A DNA stretch of 64,000 bases. It comes from Macrostomum lignano. Its lineage: Eukaryota. The translations under genes were made by a program, and so were the position numbers. The notes under the pieces were generated by a model. The model worked only from the letters and a program-made list of their open reading frames with translations. It made no database searches and was not told the origin of the DNA. Location of the stretch: the NCBI GenBank assembly GCA_002269645.1, contig NIVC01003429.1:34026-98025 (forward strand), written 5' to 3'. Below, one piece after another: positions 1 to 12,907 of the stretch. Positions within the stretch are counted from its first letter, which is position 1. Each line of letters opens with the position of its first letter.

Positions 1-40
<40 letters not shown>
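1..40. repeat. (TCTA)n microsatellite, probably continuing past the window edge
   Basis: 10 perfect TCTA units from base 1. Confidence 0.97.
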
Positions 41-41
<1 letters not shown>

Positions 42-888
42 ATTTCTGTCTAAACTCACATATTCACAGGAATGTTTTGCCCAATGCCAGTCTCAAACTC
101 CATATTGTGGTGAAAAGTCTCCCAGCTGAAACTGATCGCTGCGACCCAGGCTCACTTTGGAGTAGAAATTGAGATCGAATCCCAAGCAGTTGAGCAGTCC
201 GCAAGGAAACACGCAAATCCCATTGAAATTGTCCCAGGATTCCAAGCGCATTTTCACTCCCAGCCTCGCAGCTCCCCAGCCCCAAACAAATTCTGAGAAG
301 CTTTGCAACCCAAAAATTTTGGTCTTCGACTTGAGCCCGGAATTTCGTGCGATGCAGCTGGAGGCGCGGAGGCTGGGAAGGGGAACTGCCTCATCTCTCT
401 GGTGATTTAGTGGTGTTTAGAGTCGCAAGTTCGGTCCCTCGCACGCTCGTATTTCACGGGCCGGGGGCTCCTTAGTATTCATGGAAAACTCGGCGTCGCG
501 CCTCATCGAGCATTAAAAATGTGTCACTTGATAATCCTGAAATTCCTCAACTTATTGCAAAAATCGATGCATCATTTTTCCCTTGATTTTCCAAGGATTA
601 TCCCCGACTGAAACGAGCGCAGCCCGGCCGGGCTCTGTCGTGTTCAACCGGACTGGCGCCGTCAAATTTATGAAAAATATGCAAATTCGTCCGGACAACC
701 GCGGCCGCCCCATCAATCCGAGTCCAGCTGCCGCTGCTGGCCGGCCATGCGAGAGATGAACACGAGGGGGGCGGGTCTGAGGGGCCTCCTGGCTGGGGCC
801 TCTGAGCGGCCTCAGCGAGCCTAGGTTCGACCCCGGGGTTGGCCACCTTACTAGGGGGGGTCCTGCCGTGCGGTTCAGGCTCGTGCGG

Positions 889-1440
889 GCTCAGGGGTCA
901 GGGGGATGAGCCTGACAGCTCAGGGGTCAGGGGGATGGGCCTGACAGCTCAGGGGTCAGGGGGATGGGCCTGACAGCTCAGGGGTCAGGGGGATGGGCCT
1001 GACAGCTCAGGGGTCAGGGGGATGGGCCTGACAGCTCAGGGGTCAGGGGGATAGGCCTGAAAGCTCAGGGGTCAGGGGGATGGGCCTGACAGCTCAGGGG
1101 TCAGGGGGATGGGCCTGACAGCTCAGGGGTCAGGGGGATGGGCCTGACAGCTTAGGGGTCAGGGGGATGGGCCTGAAAGCTCAGGGGTCAGGGGGATGGG
1201 CCTGACAGCTTAGGGGTCAGGGGGATGGGCCTGACAGCTCAGGGGTCAGGGGGATGGGCCTGACAGCTCAGGGGTCAGGGGGATGGGCCTGACAGCTCAG
1301 GGGTCAGGGGGATGGGCCTGAAAGCTCAGGGGTCAGGGGGATGGGCCTGACAGCTTAGGGGTCAGGGGATGGGCCTGACAGCTCAGGAGTCAGGGGGATG
1401 GGCCTGACAGCTCAGGGGTCAGGGGGACGGGCCTGACGGC
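889..1440. repeat. 29-bp G-rich minisatellite
   Basis: About 19 copies of GCTCAGGGGTCAGGGGGATGGGCCTGACA. Confidence 0.97.
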
Positions 1441-2271
1441 TCTCTAAACTGGAGCTTCAAGATTGGCCCTACAAAGGTCCCGGGTTCGAGTCCGAGGAGC
1501 ATCGGTTCGAGCGCGACCGATAACAAAGCGGAGTCCCATGTGCACCCTGGCAGAGCTGCCGGGACCATGGAGCTTCGTCAGCTTCCAGAAGACGGCAGAC
1601 AGAGCAGAGCCAGTCGGAGTCCGAACAAGATAATAATTTTTCAGTCCCCAACGGCTGGCTAAAAAAATTCTTTCAAGAAACAATTTTCCGTCTCAGTTTC
1701 GCAGAAAATCAATGAAACTTCGAAGCCGCGCCGCCCGAACAGCTGATTAAAGCCGGCTCGCTCGGGATTTGCTTGAGGAGGCAGATTTTAATCTGACAAG
1801 CAGGCGGGCAAAAGAGGATTAGAGAGGCCAAACTTGCCAATGCCGGGGAGATTCTCCCCCAGTTCTCCCCCAGCCCCAGATCTCCCACTCAGCCTCTCGC
1901 GCGCTCCATCGGCCCCGCAGACTCCGGGATAATTTCACCTCATTCGACCAAAAACGGGTCGATAAAACTACATTTGGCTGGGCCGTCTGAATTTCACATA
2001 TATATTTATTAATCCCCTGCCCCGTGCGTGCGCCAAAATTTCAGCGCGGATAATCGGGGGGGGGGTCGTGGGAGTCTCCGAGAGGGCAAGAATTTTAAAG
2101 ATATTATTTATGCATAAGCATAGTGCTGTAGCAGCGCGAGCCCCCGGCTCTATAATGGAATGAGCAGCCAGCCTTGAAATTGACCCGGTTTCAATACGGG
2201 GGTGCGGTTGGAGACAAGACAAATGGAGACTGCGCATGCGGTGGGGGGAGGGACTGTCTGACAGTTAGCTA

Positions 2272-2630
2272 GAGTGACAGGCATTCGGAGTGACAGGCAT
2301 TCGGAGTGACAGGCATTCGGAGTGGCAGGCATTCGGAGTGGCAGGCATTCGGAGTGACAGGCATTCGGAGTGACAGGCATTCGGAGTGACAGGCATTCGG
2401 AGTGGCAGGCATTCGGAGTGACAGGCATTCGGAGTGGCAGGCATTCGGAGTGACAGGCATTCGGAGTGGCAGGCATTCGGAGTGGCAGGCATTCGGAGTG
2501 ACAAGCATTCGGAGTGACAGGCATTCGGAGTGGCAGGCATTCGGAGTGGCAGGCATTCGGAGTGGCAGGCATTCGGAGTGGCAGGCATTCGGAGTGGCAG
2601 GCATTCGGAGTGGCAGGCATTCGGAGTGAC
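2272..2630. repeat. 16-bp minisatellite
   Basis: About 22 copies of GGCATTCGGAGTG(A/G)CA. Explains the periodic ORFs at 2150-2921. Confidence 0.97.
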
Positions 2631-2663
2631 ATACAGCAAGCCGGGTTCGAGGGACAGCTATGT

Positions 2664-2911
2664 GGGTGTGACAGACATCAAAACAGGTGTGACAGAGCCC
2701 AAAGCAGGTGTGACAGACAGCAAAGCAGGTGTGACAGACAGCAAAGCAGGTGTGACAAACCCCAAAGCGGGTGTGACAGACAGCAAAGCAGGTGTGACAA
2801 ACCCCAAAGCGGGTGTGACAGACCCCAAAGCGGGTGTGACAGACCCCAAAGCGGGTGTGACAGACCCCAAAGCGGGTGTGACAGACCCCAAAGCGGGTGT
2901 GACAGACAGCT
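2664..2911. repeat. 21-bp minisatellite
   Basis: About 12 copies of GGTGTGACAGACCCCAAAGCG and variants. Confidence 0.96.
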
Positions 2912-3554
2912 AGCTGTGTGAAGCCTCACTATTTTATTCTGCATGCTGGAATTCGCAGCACTGAACCTGATGAGGCGCCCTCATCAGCTCATTGCAGCCT
3001 CATCGGAGCCGCTGGACCGTGAGAAATATCGGGTGGATTAAGACCCTCGTCGGGCCTTCCATCTCTTTGCATCGAAAAAATCTAAAAAAATGAAAGATTT
3101 TTCACGATTTCTGAATCCGCAGCCCGAGCGAGAAGCAAAATGATGACTATGATTTTGTGAGAAAATTTAATCTTCCTGAGAGAGGGGAAGAGTTGGGGGA
3201 GAATTCTCCCCTCCATCTCTTTCAGTTGCAAAATTTCGGGCCTTCGCAAGTCGAAAAAGGCGATTCAATTTGAAGTGTCGGAGCGGCCGGGAGATAAAGA
3301 GGGAAGTTGAGGCCGGTGGTGGGGAGCAGATTATGCAAATCTCCCCACTCCGGACAATTTTCCCCTTTATTCGGCCGGGACACACGGGGCCCGCTAAAAT
3401 TTAATTTCTTAAAAGGGGGTTGCGGCTTTAAAAAAGATCGATTTTCCGCTGCGAGGGAGTTTGGTCAGCCTCATCACCGAGTTTTGCTGCGAGCTGCTGG
3501 GCCTCTCTGTGCTCCGTGCTCTCCCTGTGCCTGACATTCCAGGTCTCACCCGCC

Positions 3555-4141
3555 TCCCGTGTCTTACCCTCCTGTGTCATAAACTCCCGTGTCTTACCCT
3601 CCCGTGTCTTACCCTCCCATGTTACCCTCCCGTGTCTTACCCTCCCGTGTTACCCTCCCGTGTCTTAAACTCCCGTGTCTTACCCTCCCGTGTCTTAATC
3701 TCCCGTGTCTTACCCTCATGTGTCTTACCCTCCCGTATTTTACCTTCCCGAGTCTTACCCTCCTGTGTATATCCTCCCATGTTTTACCCTTCCGCGTCTT
3801 ACCCTCCCGTGTCTTACCCTCCTCCCGTGTCTTACCCTCCTGTCGTGTCTTACCCTCCCTTTTCTTACCTTCCCGTTTCTTACCCTCCTGTGTCTTACCC
3901 TCCTCCCGTGTCTTACCCTCCTGTCGTGTCTTACCCTCCCTTTTCTTACCTTCCCGTGTCTTACCCTCCCGTGTCTTACCCTCCCTTGTTTTACCCTCCC
4001 ATGTCTTACCCTCCCTTGTCTTACCCTCCCGTATTTTACCTTCCCGTGTCTTACCCTCGCGTGTCTTACCCTCACGTGTATTACCTTCCTCCCGTGTCTT
4101 ACCCTCCCGTGTCTTACCCTCCTCCCGTGTCTTACCCTCGT
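3555..4141. repeat. ~15-bp pyrimidine-rich minisatellite
   Basis: Unit TCTTACCCTCCCGTG with 18-bp variants. Confidence 0.95.
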
Positions 4142-4743
4142 GCGTCTGGAACCGTCTATTACCCTCTATTGTCCGGAATACCAACCATCAGGTGTTTCAA
4201 CTTGAAAAGTATGCTAATTTTTTCTTTCATTCCTAATGAGAATCATCAGTTGATAATCATTTTATTATCAAAGCTCAGTTTGAGTCCCCAGAGCAGAGAA
4301 GACGCGCGGTGGACGTTGAGCTCCGGCTGGCAAAGTCAAGTGCGGCAGCTGCTGATTCAAATTCCCAATCCGATGGCACAGAATGACCCTTGAAGCTGAG
4401 GCGATGACGCCCCAACCCCCTGCGCCGCCAGGGCTCAGGTCAGGTGTGAATGAAGTTCCCGTCCAGGTGCCGGCCCGAGTTGGGCCCGCCATCACCCCGG
4501 GCCACTTGGCCGCCAGCTCAGCCGAAAGCAATCAGCAGCAAGGCCGATCTTCGAATATGTTTCCCGGCAAAGAAATGCGGCTCAATGTCAAAAAATCATT
4601 CGCTTGAGAAGGATGGACCGGTTCTCAGTTCGAACTCAAATTAAGGAGCCACTTCTGTGCAAACTGGACCATCCACCTCCGTCTGAGAATTTGGGTCAGG
4701 TAGAGCACCGAGTTTTGAGGGCTGAATCAGATTTGTGATTTTA

Positions 4744-6579
4744 TGGATTGCTAATCTGTGTGTCTTGGATTGCTAATCTGTGTCTTGGATTGCTAATCTG
4801 TGTCTTGGATTGCTAATCTGTGTGTCTTGGATTGCTAATCTGTGTGTCTTGGATTGCTAATCTGTGTCTTGGATTGCTAATCTGTGTGTCTTGGATTGCT
4901 AATCTGTGTGTCATGGATTGCTAATCTGTATGTCTTGGATTGCTAATCTGTGTGTCTTGGATTGCTAATCTGTGTGTCATGGATTGCTAATCTGTGTGTC
5001 TTGGATTGCTAATCTGTGTGTCTTGGATTGCTAATCTGTGTGTCTTGGATTGCTAATCTGTGTGTCTTCGATTGCTAATCTGTGTGTCTTGGATTGCTAA
5101 TCTGTGTGTCTTCGATTGCTAATCTGTGTGTCTTCGATTGCTAATCTGTGTGTCTTGGATTGCTAATCTGTGTGTCATGGATTGCTAATCTGTGTCTTGG
5201 ATTGCTAATCTGTGTGTCTTGGATTGCTAATCTGTGTGTCTTGGATTGCTAATCTGTGTGTCTTGGATTGCTAATCTGTGTGTCTTGGATTGCTAATCTG
5301 TGTGTCTTGGATTGCTAATCTGTGTGTCTTGGATTGCTAATCTTTGTGTCTTGGATTGCTAATCTGTGTGTCTTGGATTGCTAATCTGTGTGTCTTGGAT
5401 TGCTAATCTGTGTGTCTTGGATTGCTAATCTGTGTGTCTTGGATTGCTAATCTGTGTGTCTTGGATTGCTAATCTGTGTGTCTTGGATTGCTAATCTGTG
5501 TGTCTTGGATTGCTAATCTGTGTGTCTTGGATTGCTAATCTGTGTGTCTTGGATTGCTAATCTGTGTGTCTTGGATTGCTAATTTGTGTCTTGGATTGCT
5601 AATCTGTGTGTCTTGGATTGCTAATCTGTGTCTCGGATTGCTAATCTGTGTGTCTTGGATTGCTAATCTGTGTGTCATGGATTGCTAATCTGTGTCTTGG
5701 ATTGCTAATCTGTGTGTCTTGGATTGCTAATCTGTGTGTCTTGGATTGCTAATCTGTGTGTCTTGGATTGCTAATCTGTGTGTCTTGGATTGCTAATCTG
5801 TGTGTCTTGGATTGCTAATCTGTGTGTCTTGGATTGCTAATCTGTGTGTCTTGGATTGCTAATTTGTGTCTTGGATTGCTAATCTGTGTCTTGGATTGCT
5901 AATCTGTGTCTCGGATTGCTAATCTGTGTGTCTTGGATTGCTAATCTGTGTGTCATGGATTGCTAATCTGTGTCTTGGATTGCTAATCTGTGTGTCTTGG
6001 ATTGCTAATCTGTGTGTCTTGGATTGCTAATCTGTGTGTCATGGATTGCTAATTTGTGTCTTGGATTGCTAATCTGTGTCATTGTTTTCTAATCTGTGTG
6101 TCTTCGATTGCTAATCTGTGTGTCATGGATTGCTAATCTGTGTGTCTTGGATTGCTAATCTGTGTGTCTTGGATTGCTAATCTGTGTGTCTTGGATTGCT
6201 AATCTGTGTGTCTTGGATTGCTAATCTGTGTGTCATGGATTGCTAATCTGTGTGTCATGGATTGTTAATCTGTGTGTCTTGGATTGCTAATCTGTGCATC
6301 TTGGATTGCTAATCTGTGCATCTTGGATTGCTAACCTGTGCATCTCGGATTGCTAATCTGTGTGTCTTGAATTGCTAATCTGTGTGTCTTGGATTGCTAA
6401 TCTGTGCGTTTTGGATTGCTAATCTGTGTGTCTTGGATTGCTAATCTGTGTGTCTTGGATTGCTAATCTGTGTGTCTTGGATTGCTAATCTGTGTATCTT
6501 GGATTGCTAATCTGTGTGTCTTGGATTGCTAATCTGTGCATCTTGGATTGCTAATCTGTGCATCTTGGATTGCTAATCC
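4744..6579. repeat. 22-bp minisatellite, the largest array in the window
   Basis: Unit GGATTGCTAATCTGTGTGTCTT with 20-bp variants, about 1.8 kb. Confidence 0.98.
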
Positions 6580-7312
6580 ATGCATTCCGGATCCCACACT
6601 GCTTCTCCCAGTTTCAACAGAGAAGCTGCAGCCCAAGGAATTGAAAGCGAAATGAGGAGTTGGGGCTTAAGGGACTTGCGGATGCAAAAAAAAATAATCA
6701 GAGACAGCGCGGCCTGTCAGTCTTTAACTGATGCAATAATTCTGGGAAGTCAGCCTCCCCTTCCTTCTCCATCCTCCATTTTCGCCGGCAGAAATCTTGG
6801 GGGGGGGCAAATTAATGCAGCCAAGAAAAATAGAGCAGATTGAAGCCGGGGCTGGAAATGCAGAAATTGAAGGGAAAAACATGACCGAGTCTAAATGGGA
6901 GATGATGGCGCTGCACACATTAAGGCCCTCCCCCAGCCTCACTGCTCCATCTCCCTCTCTCTGCCCCCACCTTGGCGGAAATCAAAACTTCCGGTTCGTA
7001 AATCAAATTTTTTGTCCGATGGCCATTTTCTCAGGCACTCTGCCTCCCCCTTTTCCCTGGGCCTTCATTATTTTTCTTTTAAATTCACCTCCCCGAGCTC
7101 CTCAGCCGAGTGGAAGCTGGGCCGGTCTCTGGGGCGGCCAATTTATCAACCTGAGTGCAGGAAGCCGCCCTTCATTGTCGAGTCGATCGTAAAATCAGGA
7201 AAACAGCGGGGCTGAGCGGCGCTGACTCGAGCCTGGGGCTTGTTCCTGGCATAAATATCCCAGTTTCATTTCACTGCTTTGCCTTTGGCTGGGGTCTTGG
7301 AGGTGCTGGCTC

Positions 7313-7908
7313 CGGTTGGCGCCATCCGCCCTTCAGGGTTGGAGCCATCCGCCCTTCAGTGTTGGAGCCATCCGCCCTTCAGGGTTGGAGCCATCCGCCC
7401 TTCAGGTTGGAGCCATCCGCCCTTCAGGGTTGGAGCCATCCGCCCTTCAGGTTGGCACCATCCGCCCGACAGACTAGAGCCATCCGCCCTTCAGTGTTGG
7501 AGCCATCCGCCCTTCAGTGTTGGAGCCATCCGCCCTTCAGTGTTGGAGCCATCCGCCCTTCAGGGTTGGAGCCATTCGCCCTTCAGTGTTGTAGCCATCC
7601 GCCCTTCAGGGTTGGAGCCATCCGCCCTTCAGGTTGGCACCATCCGCCCGACAGACTAGAGCCATCCGCCCTTCAGTGTTGGAGCCATTCGCCCTTCAGT
7701 GTTGGAGCCATCCGCCCTTCAGTGTTGGAGCCATCCGCCCTTCAAATTGGAACCATCCGCCCTTCAGACTGGAACCATCCGCTCTTCAGGTTGGAACCAT
7801 CCGCCCTTCAGGTTGGAATCATCCGCCCTTTAGCTTGGAACCATCCGCCCTTCAGGTTGGAACCATCCGCCCTTCAAGTTGGAACCATCCGCCCTTCAGG
7901 TTGGAACC
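7313..7908. repeat. 22-23-bp minisatellite
   Basis: Unit TTGGAGCCATCCGCCCTTCAG(G/T)G, drifting to TTGGAACCATCC at the right end. Confidence 0.95.
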
Positions 7909-8577
7909 TGAGCATCCGGACTTCATCCTCGAGCTTGCAGGTGAGGGGTCACGTGACCCACCGGCTAAGCCCGAGTCGAGCTGCCCAGCAGAGACGCTAT
8001 GACAAAACCAGCGAGGCATGGCCGCCGCCCCCCTCCCTAAAAAATCCGAAATTCCCAATAATAAAAAATGCAATCATTTTTAGGATCGATGAAGACCCGG
8101 AGCTCAAGCAGCTTCCTCGCCGCTTCATCCTTGACTGATCTTTGTTGACAAGGAAATTCCGGGCTGACCGGAGGAAGCCCCTTTGAGGAGGCCTTGGGCG
8201 GATCCCGGATATAAAAATCTGCAGGAGGGGAGATGGTGTGCAATTTTGATTCCCCCGTATTTCAGTGCCGGGGCCTGAAAGCAAATTTTCCCCTACAGTG
8301 GGCATCAAAAATTTCTTCAGAGGTTATTATATATTTTTGTTTCTGGTCCAATTTCGATCCGACTGTGAAATTTGATTTACCGTTTCAATTGCGGCTTCTG
8401 CGGCGGCCCGGCGGGGTCTGGGAAATCAGCCAGGCGAGCCGGCCGGCCCTGCTGGGGACAAAATCCCCTCCCCCGATTCCCAGTGCTTCGGCTCTGAAAT
8501 CTTTTTATTGATTTTAGTGATGGCGAGGGTCGGAGAGCTGCTGGTCAGGTGCGGCGTTCACGTAGCTTACCTTATAG

Positions 8578-9350
8578 TAGAGTGACAGTTCACGATGAGG
8601 AGAGTGACAGTCTCGTTGAAGAGAGTGACAGTTTCAGATATAGAGAGTGCCTGTATTAGCTAAGCAGAGTGCCAGTCCTAGATAAGGAGAGTGCCAGTCT
8701 TAAATAAGGAGAGTGCCAGTCCTAGATAAGGAGAGTGCCAGTCTTAAATAAGGAGAGTGCCAGTCCTAGATAAGGAGAGTGCCAGTCTTAAATAAGGAGA
8801 GTGCCAGTCCTAGATAAGGAGAGTGCCAGTCTTAAATAAGGAGAGTGCCAATCCTAGATAAGGAGAGTGCCAGTCCTAGCTAAGGAGAGTGCCTGTCCTA
8901 GCTAAGGAGAGTGCCAGTCCTAGCTAAGGAGAGTGCCAGTCCTAGCTAAGGAGAGTGCCAGTCCTAGCTAAGGAGAGTGCCAGTCCTAGCTAAGGAGAGT
9001 GCCAGTCCTAGCTAAGGAGAGTGCCTGTCCTAGCTAAGGAGAGTGCCAGTCCTAGCTAAGGAGAGTGCCAGTCCTAGCTAAGGAGAGTGCCAGTCCTAGC
9101 TAAGGAGAGTGCCTGTCCTAGCTAAGGAGAGTGCCAGTCCTAGCTAAGGAGAGTGCCAGTCCTAGCTAAGGAGAGTGCCAGTCCTAGCTAAGGAGAGTGC
9201 CAGTCCTAGCTAAGGAGAGTGCCAGTCCTAGCTAAGGAGAGTGCCAGTCCTAGCTAAGGAGAGTGCCTGTCCTAGCTAAGGAGAGTGCCAGTCCTAGCTA
9301 AGGAGAGTGCCTGTCCTAGCTAAGGAGAGTGCCAGTCCTAGCTAAGGAGA
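8578..9350. repeat. 22-bp minisatellite with a degenerate left edge
   Basis: Unit AGAGTGCCAGTCCTAGCTAAGG. Left copies are progressively more diverged. Confidence 0.96.
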
Positions 9351-10654
9351 CAATAGCGACCTCCTCTATCAAAAGTAAATCTTCACTGCTGCACTATGAA
9401 GCGGCCCAGATGACTTTGCTATCACGGAATGGCCCTTCATATGGCCCAGAGCAGGAGCGGTTGTGCCCGACCCCCCGCTATAGAGGCCAATTTCCACAAT
9501 CGCCACTCGACTTCTGACGCGCTGACAAGCGACACGGGCATCGCCAGTCCCATCGGACACTCGAAAACAGGGACCAGTCTCGCCGCTGGAGCTTCATCGC
9601 GCCACTCTGACGGCCAGATGGGCTTCGGTGGGATTCCTGAGTTTTTTGCCGGAGTCTGCTATGTGCAATTAAGCTGGGGGGAGGGGGAGGCTGGACGATG
9701 AAGCGCCCCTTCCCGGAGGCGCCACTTGAAGAAGGCGCAGCAGCGCCTTTCAAATTCTTGAAGAACCACCGCAGATTTTTTGTTTAATAAGTGGCTCGGC
9801 GGACAGTTTTTGATAGATTGGCTGCGCCTCTCGCTGTTCAATTATTGTCAGAGAGTCGCATTATTGAGAGGCCATCCGCCCCCTGTGTCACTTCTTCTGC
9901 TTCTTGACTCTTGACTGCTTCAATAAAAGAGATATTGGCGGGCCCTGCATAAACAAACAGCCGGGCGGGCACGTGGGGCCATAAATTTTCATTTCTCCAC
10001 GGCCGTCTCTCGACCTGGATTGTTGTTTTAAAAACTCGGCCGGCCATTAATGCCCCCGCGGTCAGCCGAACCTGCGAATCCAATGTTGCCACTTTCCTAT
10101 AGAAATCTCGGGAGGTGCCAGAAATCCATTTTTAGCGCAGCTGCGGAGCAAAGTTCCTTCTGGCAAAAAACTCCACTTCAATCTTTTTGCTCCCCGGGAC
10201 CCCCCGGCTCCTCCCGAAACCGCGATCGAACACGGGGGCCATCTGGTCCGAGTTCGGCACAGCTAAGAATATGGAATATTTTAATGAACTTCGAAGACCG
10301 CACCTCACCCCCCCCCCTTCCTTGTTCGAACTCGCAGCCTCATTGGTGCCTCATCCATGCGATTCTTTGCTCCGCTGCTTTTGTCGCTTTTGAAATTTAT
10401 TGATTGATTGACTGACTGGGGGCAGGCAAATTAATGCTGACTGGGCCTGACCTGGGGGTCCGGGATCTGGGCGGCTCCGGCTGGGAGGAACAGGGAGGGA
10501 CAGGTAGAGACAGGAGTGGAGAGTCGGAGATACGAGGAGAGAGTCAGAGAGGGGAGGTAAGAGAGTCTGTGAAGAAGAAGAGAGAGTCAGGGGAGATGAG
10601 AAGAGAGAGTCAGTGGATATGGCAGGGAGGCAGGGAGGCAGGCAGGGAGGCAGA

Positions 10655-12040
10655 GAGATGAGGAGAGATAATCAGGGGAGATGAGGAGAGATAATCAGGG
10701 GAGATGAGGAGAGATAATCAGGGGAGATGAGGAGAGATAATCAGGGGAGATGAGGAGAGATAATCAGGGGAGATGAGGAGAGAGAGTCAGGGGAGATGAG
10801 GAGAGAGAGTCAGGGGAGATGAGGAGAGAGAGTCAGGAGAGATGAGGAGAGAGAATCAGGGGAGATGAGGAGAGAGTCAGGGGAGATGAGAAGAGAGAGT
10901 CAGTGGAGATGAGAAGAGAGAGTCAGGGGAGATGAGGAGAGAGAGTCAGAGGAGATGAGGAGAGAGTCAGAGGAGATGAGGAGAGAGTCAGAGGAGATGA
11001 GAAGAGAGAGTCAGGGGAGATGAGGAGAGAGAGTCAGGGGAGATGAGGAGAGAGTCAGGGGAGATGAGGGGAGAGTCAGGGGAGATGAGGAGAGAGTCAG
11101 GGGAGATGAGGAGAGAGTCAGAGGAGATGAGGAGAGAGAGTCAGGGGAGATGAGGAGAGAGTCAGGGGAGATGAGGAGAGAGTCAGGGGAGATGAGGAGA
11201 GAGTCAGAGGAGATGAGGAGAGAGAGTCAGGGGAGATGAGGAGAGAGTCAGAGGAGATGAGGAGAGAGAGTCAGGGGAGATGAGGAGAGAGTCAGGGGAG
11301 ATGAGGAGAGAGTCAGAGGAGATGAGGAGAGAGAGTCAGGGGAGATGAGGAGAGAGTCAGGGGAGATGAGGAGAGAGTCAGAGGAGATGAGGAGAGAGAG
11401 TCAGGGGAGATGAGGGGAGAGTCAGGGGAGATGAGGAGAGAGTCAGGGGAGATGAGGAGAGAGTCAGGGGAGATGAGGAGAGAGTCAGAGGAGATATGAA
11501 GAGAGATTCAGGGGAGATGAGGAGAGAGTCAGGGGAGATGAGGAGAGAGTCAGAGGAGATGAGGAGAGAGAGTCAGGGGAGATGAGGAGAGAGTCAGGGG
11601 AGATGAGGAGAGAGTCAGAGGAGATGAGGAGAGAGAGTCAGGGGAGATGAGGAGAGAGTCAGGGGAGATGAGGAGAGAGTCAGCGGAGATGAGGGGAGAG
11701 TCAGAGGAGATGAGGAGAGAGTCAGGGGAGATGAGGAGAGAGTCAGAGGAGATGAGGAGAGAGTCAGGGGAGATGAGGAGAGAGTCAGGGGAGATGAGGA
11801 GAGAGTCAGGGGAGATGAGGAGAGAGTCAGAGGAGATGAGGAGAGAGTCAGGGGAGATGAGGAGAGAGTCAGAGGAGATGAGGAGAGAGTCAGAGGAGAT
11901 GAGGAGAGAGTCAGGGGAGATGAGGAGAGAGTCAGGGGAGATGAGGAGAGAGTCAGGGGAGATGAGGAGAGAGTCAGGGGAGATGAGGGGAGAGTCAGCG
12001 GAGATGGGGAGAGAGTCAGCGGAGATGGGGAGAGTCAGAG
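10655..12040. repeat. 21-23-bp purine-rich minisatellite
   Basis: Unit GAGATGAGGAGAGAGTCAGGG and variants. Confidence 0.96.
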
Positions 12041-12907
12041 AAGGGGCTGCTCCTTATTCGAGCAAAGCAGGCAGTTAATTTCCAGGGCCTTTATCAAGGT
12101 GCCACAGCTTGTATAAATGAGCTGAAGGCCAATAAATTCAAATAGGTGCGCGGCAATATCGGCCTCTGAAAGGCCCAGTCTCGCTTTCTTCCCCTATTGG
12201 CCCTCCCTGGTCCCAGCGCAGGCTTTCCCACAAAAAAGATAGACAGGAACGGCCCATTTCCCCTTTGGCCGAAGTTTTATTACAAGACCCTTAATTTACC
12301 GCCAGCGGCTGAGGGGTAAAAATCACTGGGCGGTCAAATCGCAGGAGTGTAATTATCCCCCCCCGTGCGTGGCCAACCGTTTCGTTGCGGCACCTGGCGC
12401 GGTCATCGCCCCCGGCAGGTGTGGAAGAGAGCCGCCGCCGCCGCTGTGCTCGCGTGCGATCAGGCTGTGAAAGCCGATGCCAGACTTGGGAACCCATTGT
12501 GACATCGGGGTCTGTGGGAAAGTGGGAACCGATGGGGCGCTGGGCCACCCTCCCCCACACCGCAAACTAAAACACAATTTGCCGGCTTGTTGTCGCAACA
12601 AGAGCCCCTCTTGTCCGTCTCTCCTCCACTGCCCCAACTCTGCCTGCCCCACCTCTGCCTCGCCCAGCCAATGGCGACCCGTCTGGCTCACAGCTGTGCC
12701 CAAGCAGCCTCCAACCTCCAGTGTACAGCCCTCAGTCTTCATAATAATAATAATCATATCTGCCCCCCTCTGGACCGGAGAGACCCCAAGGGGGAGCAGA
12801 GCGCCTTGTCTACCAGCCCAGCCCAGCGACTCGGCATCCGCAGTCTTCGGACCAGCAAAGCGCTCCAAGCAGATCTCCACACAGCCCGCCTTCCTGTCCC
12901 TCTCCGC

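Noticed and set aside
2150-12078. Many long periodic ORFs (MPATPNACHSE.., SYPPV.., MRRESGE..)
   Set aside because: They are open in several frames and on both strands over minisatellites, with no splice or domain support. The same applies at 22283-22987, 26366-27105, 31638-32288, 34899-35632, 40214-41100 and 54388-56252.
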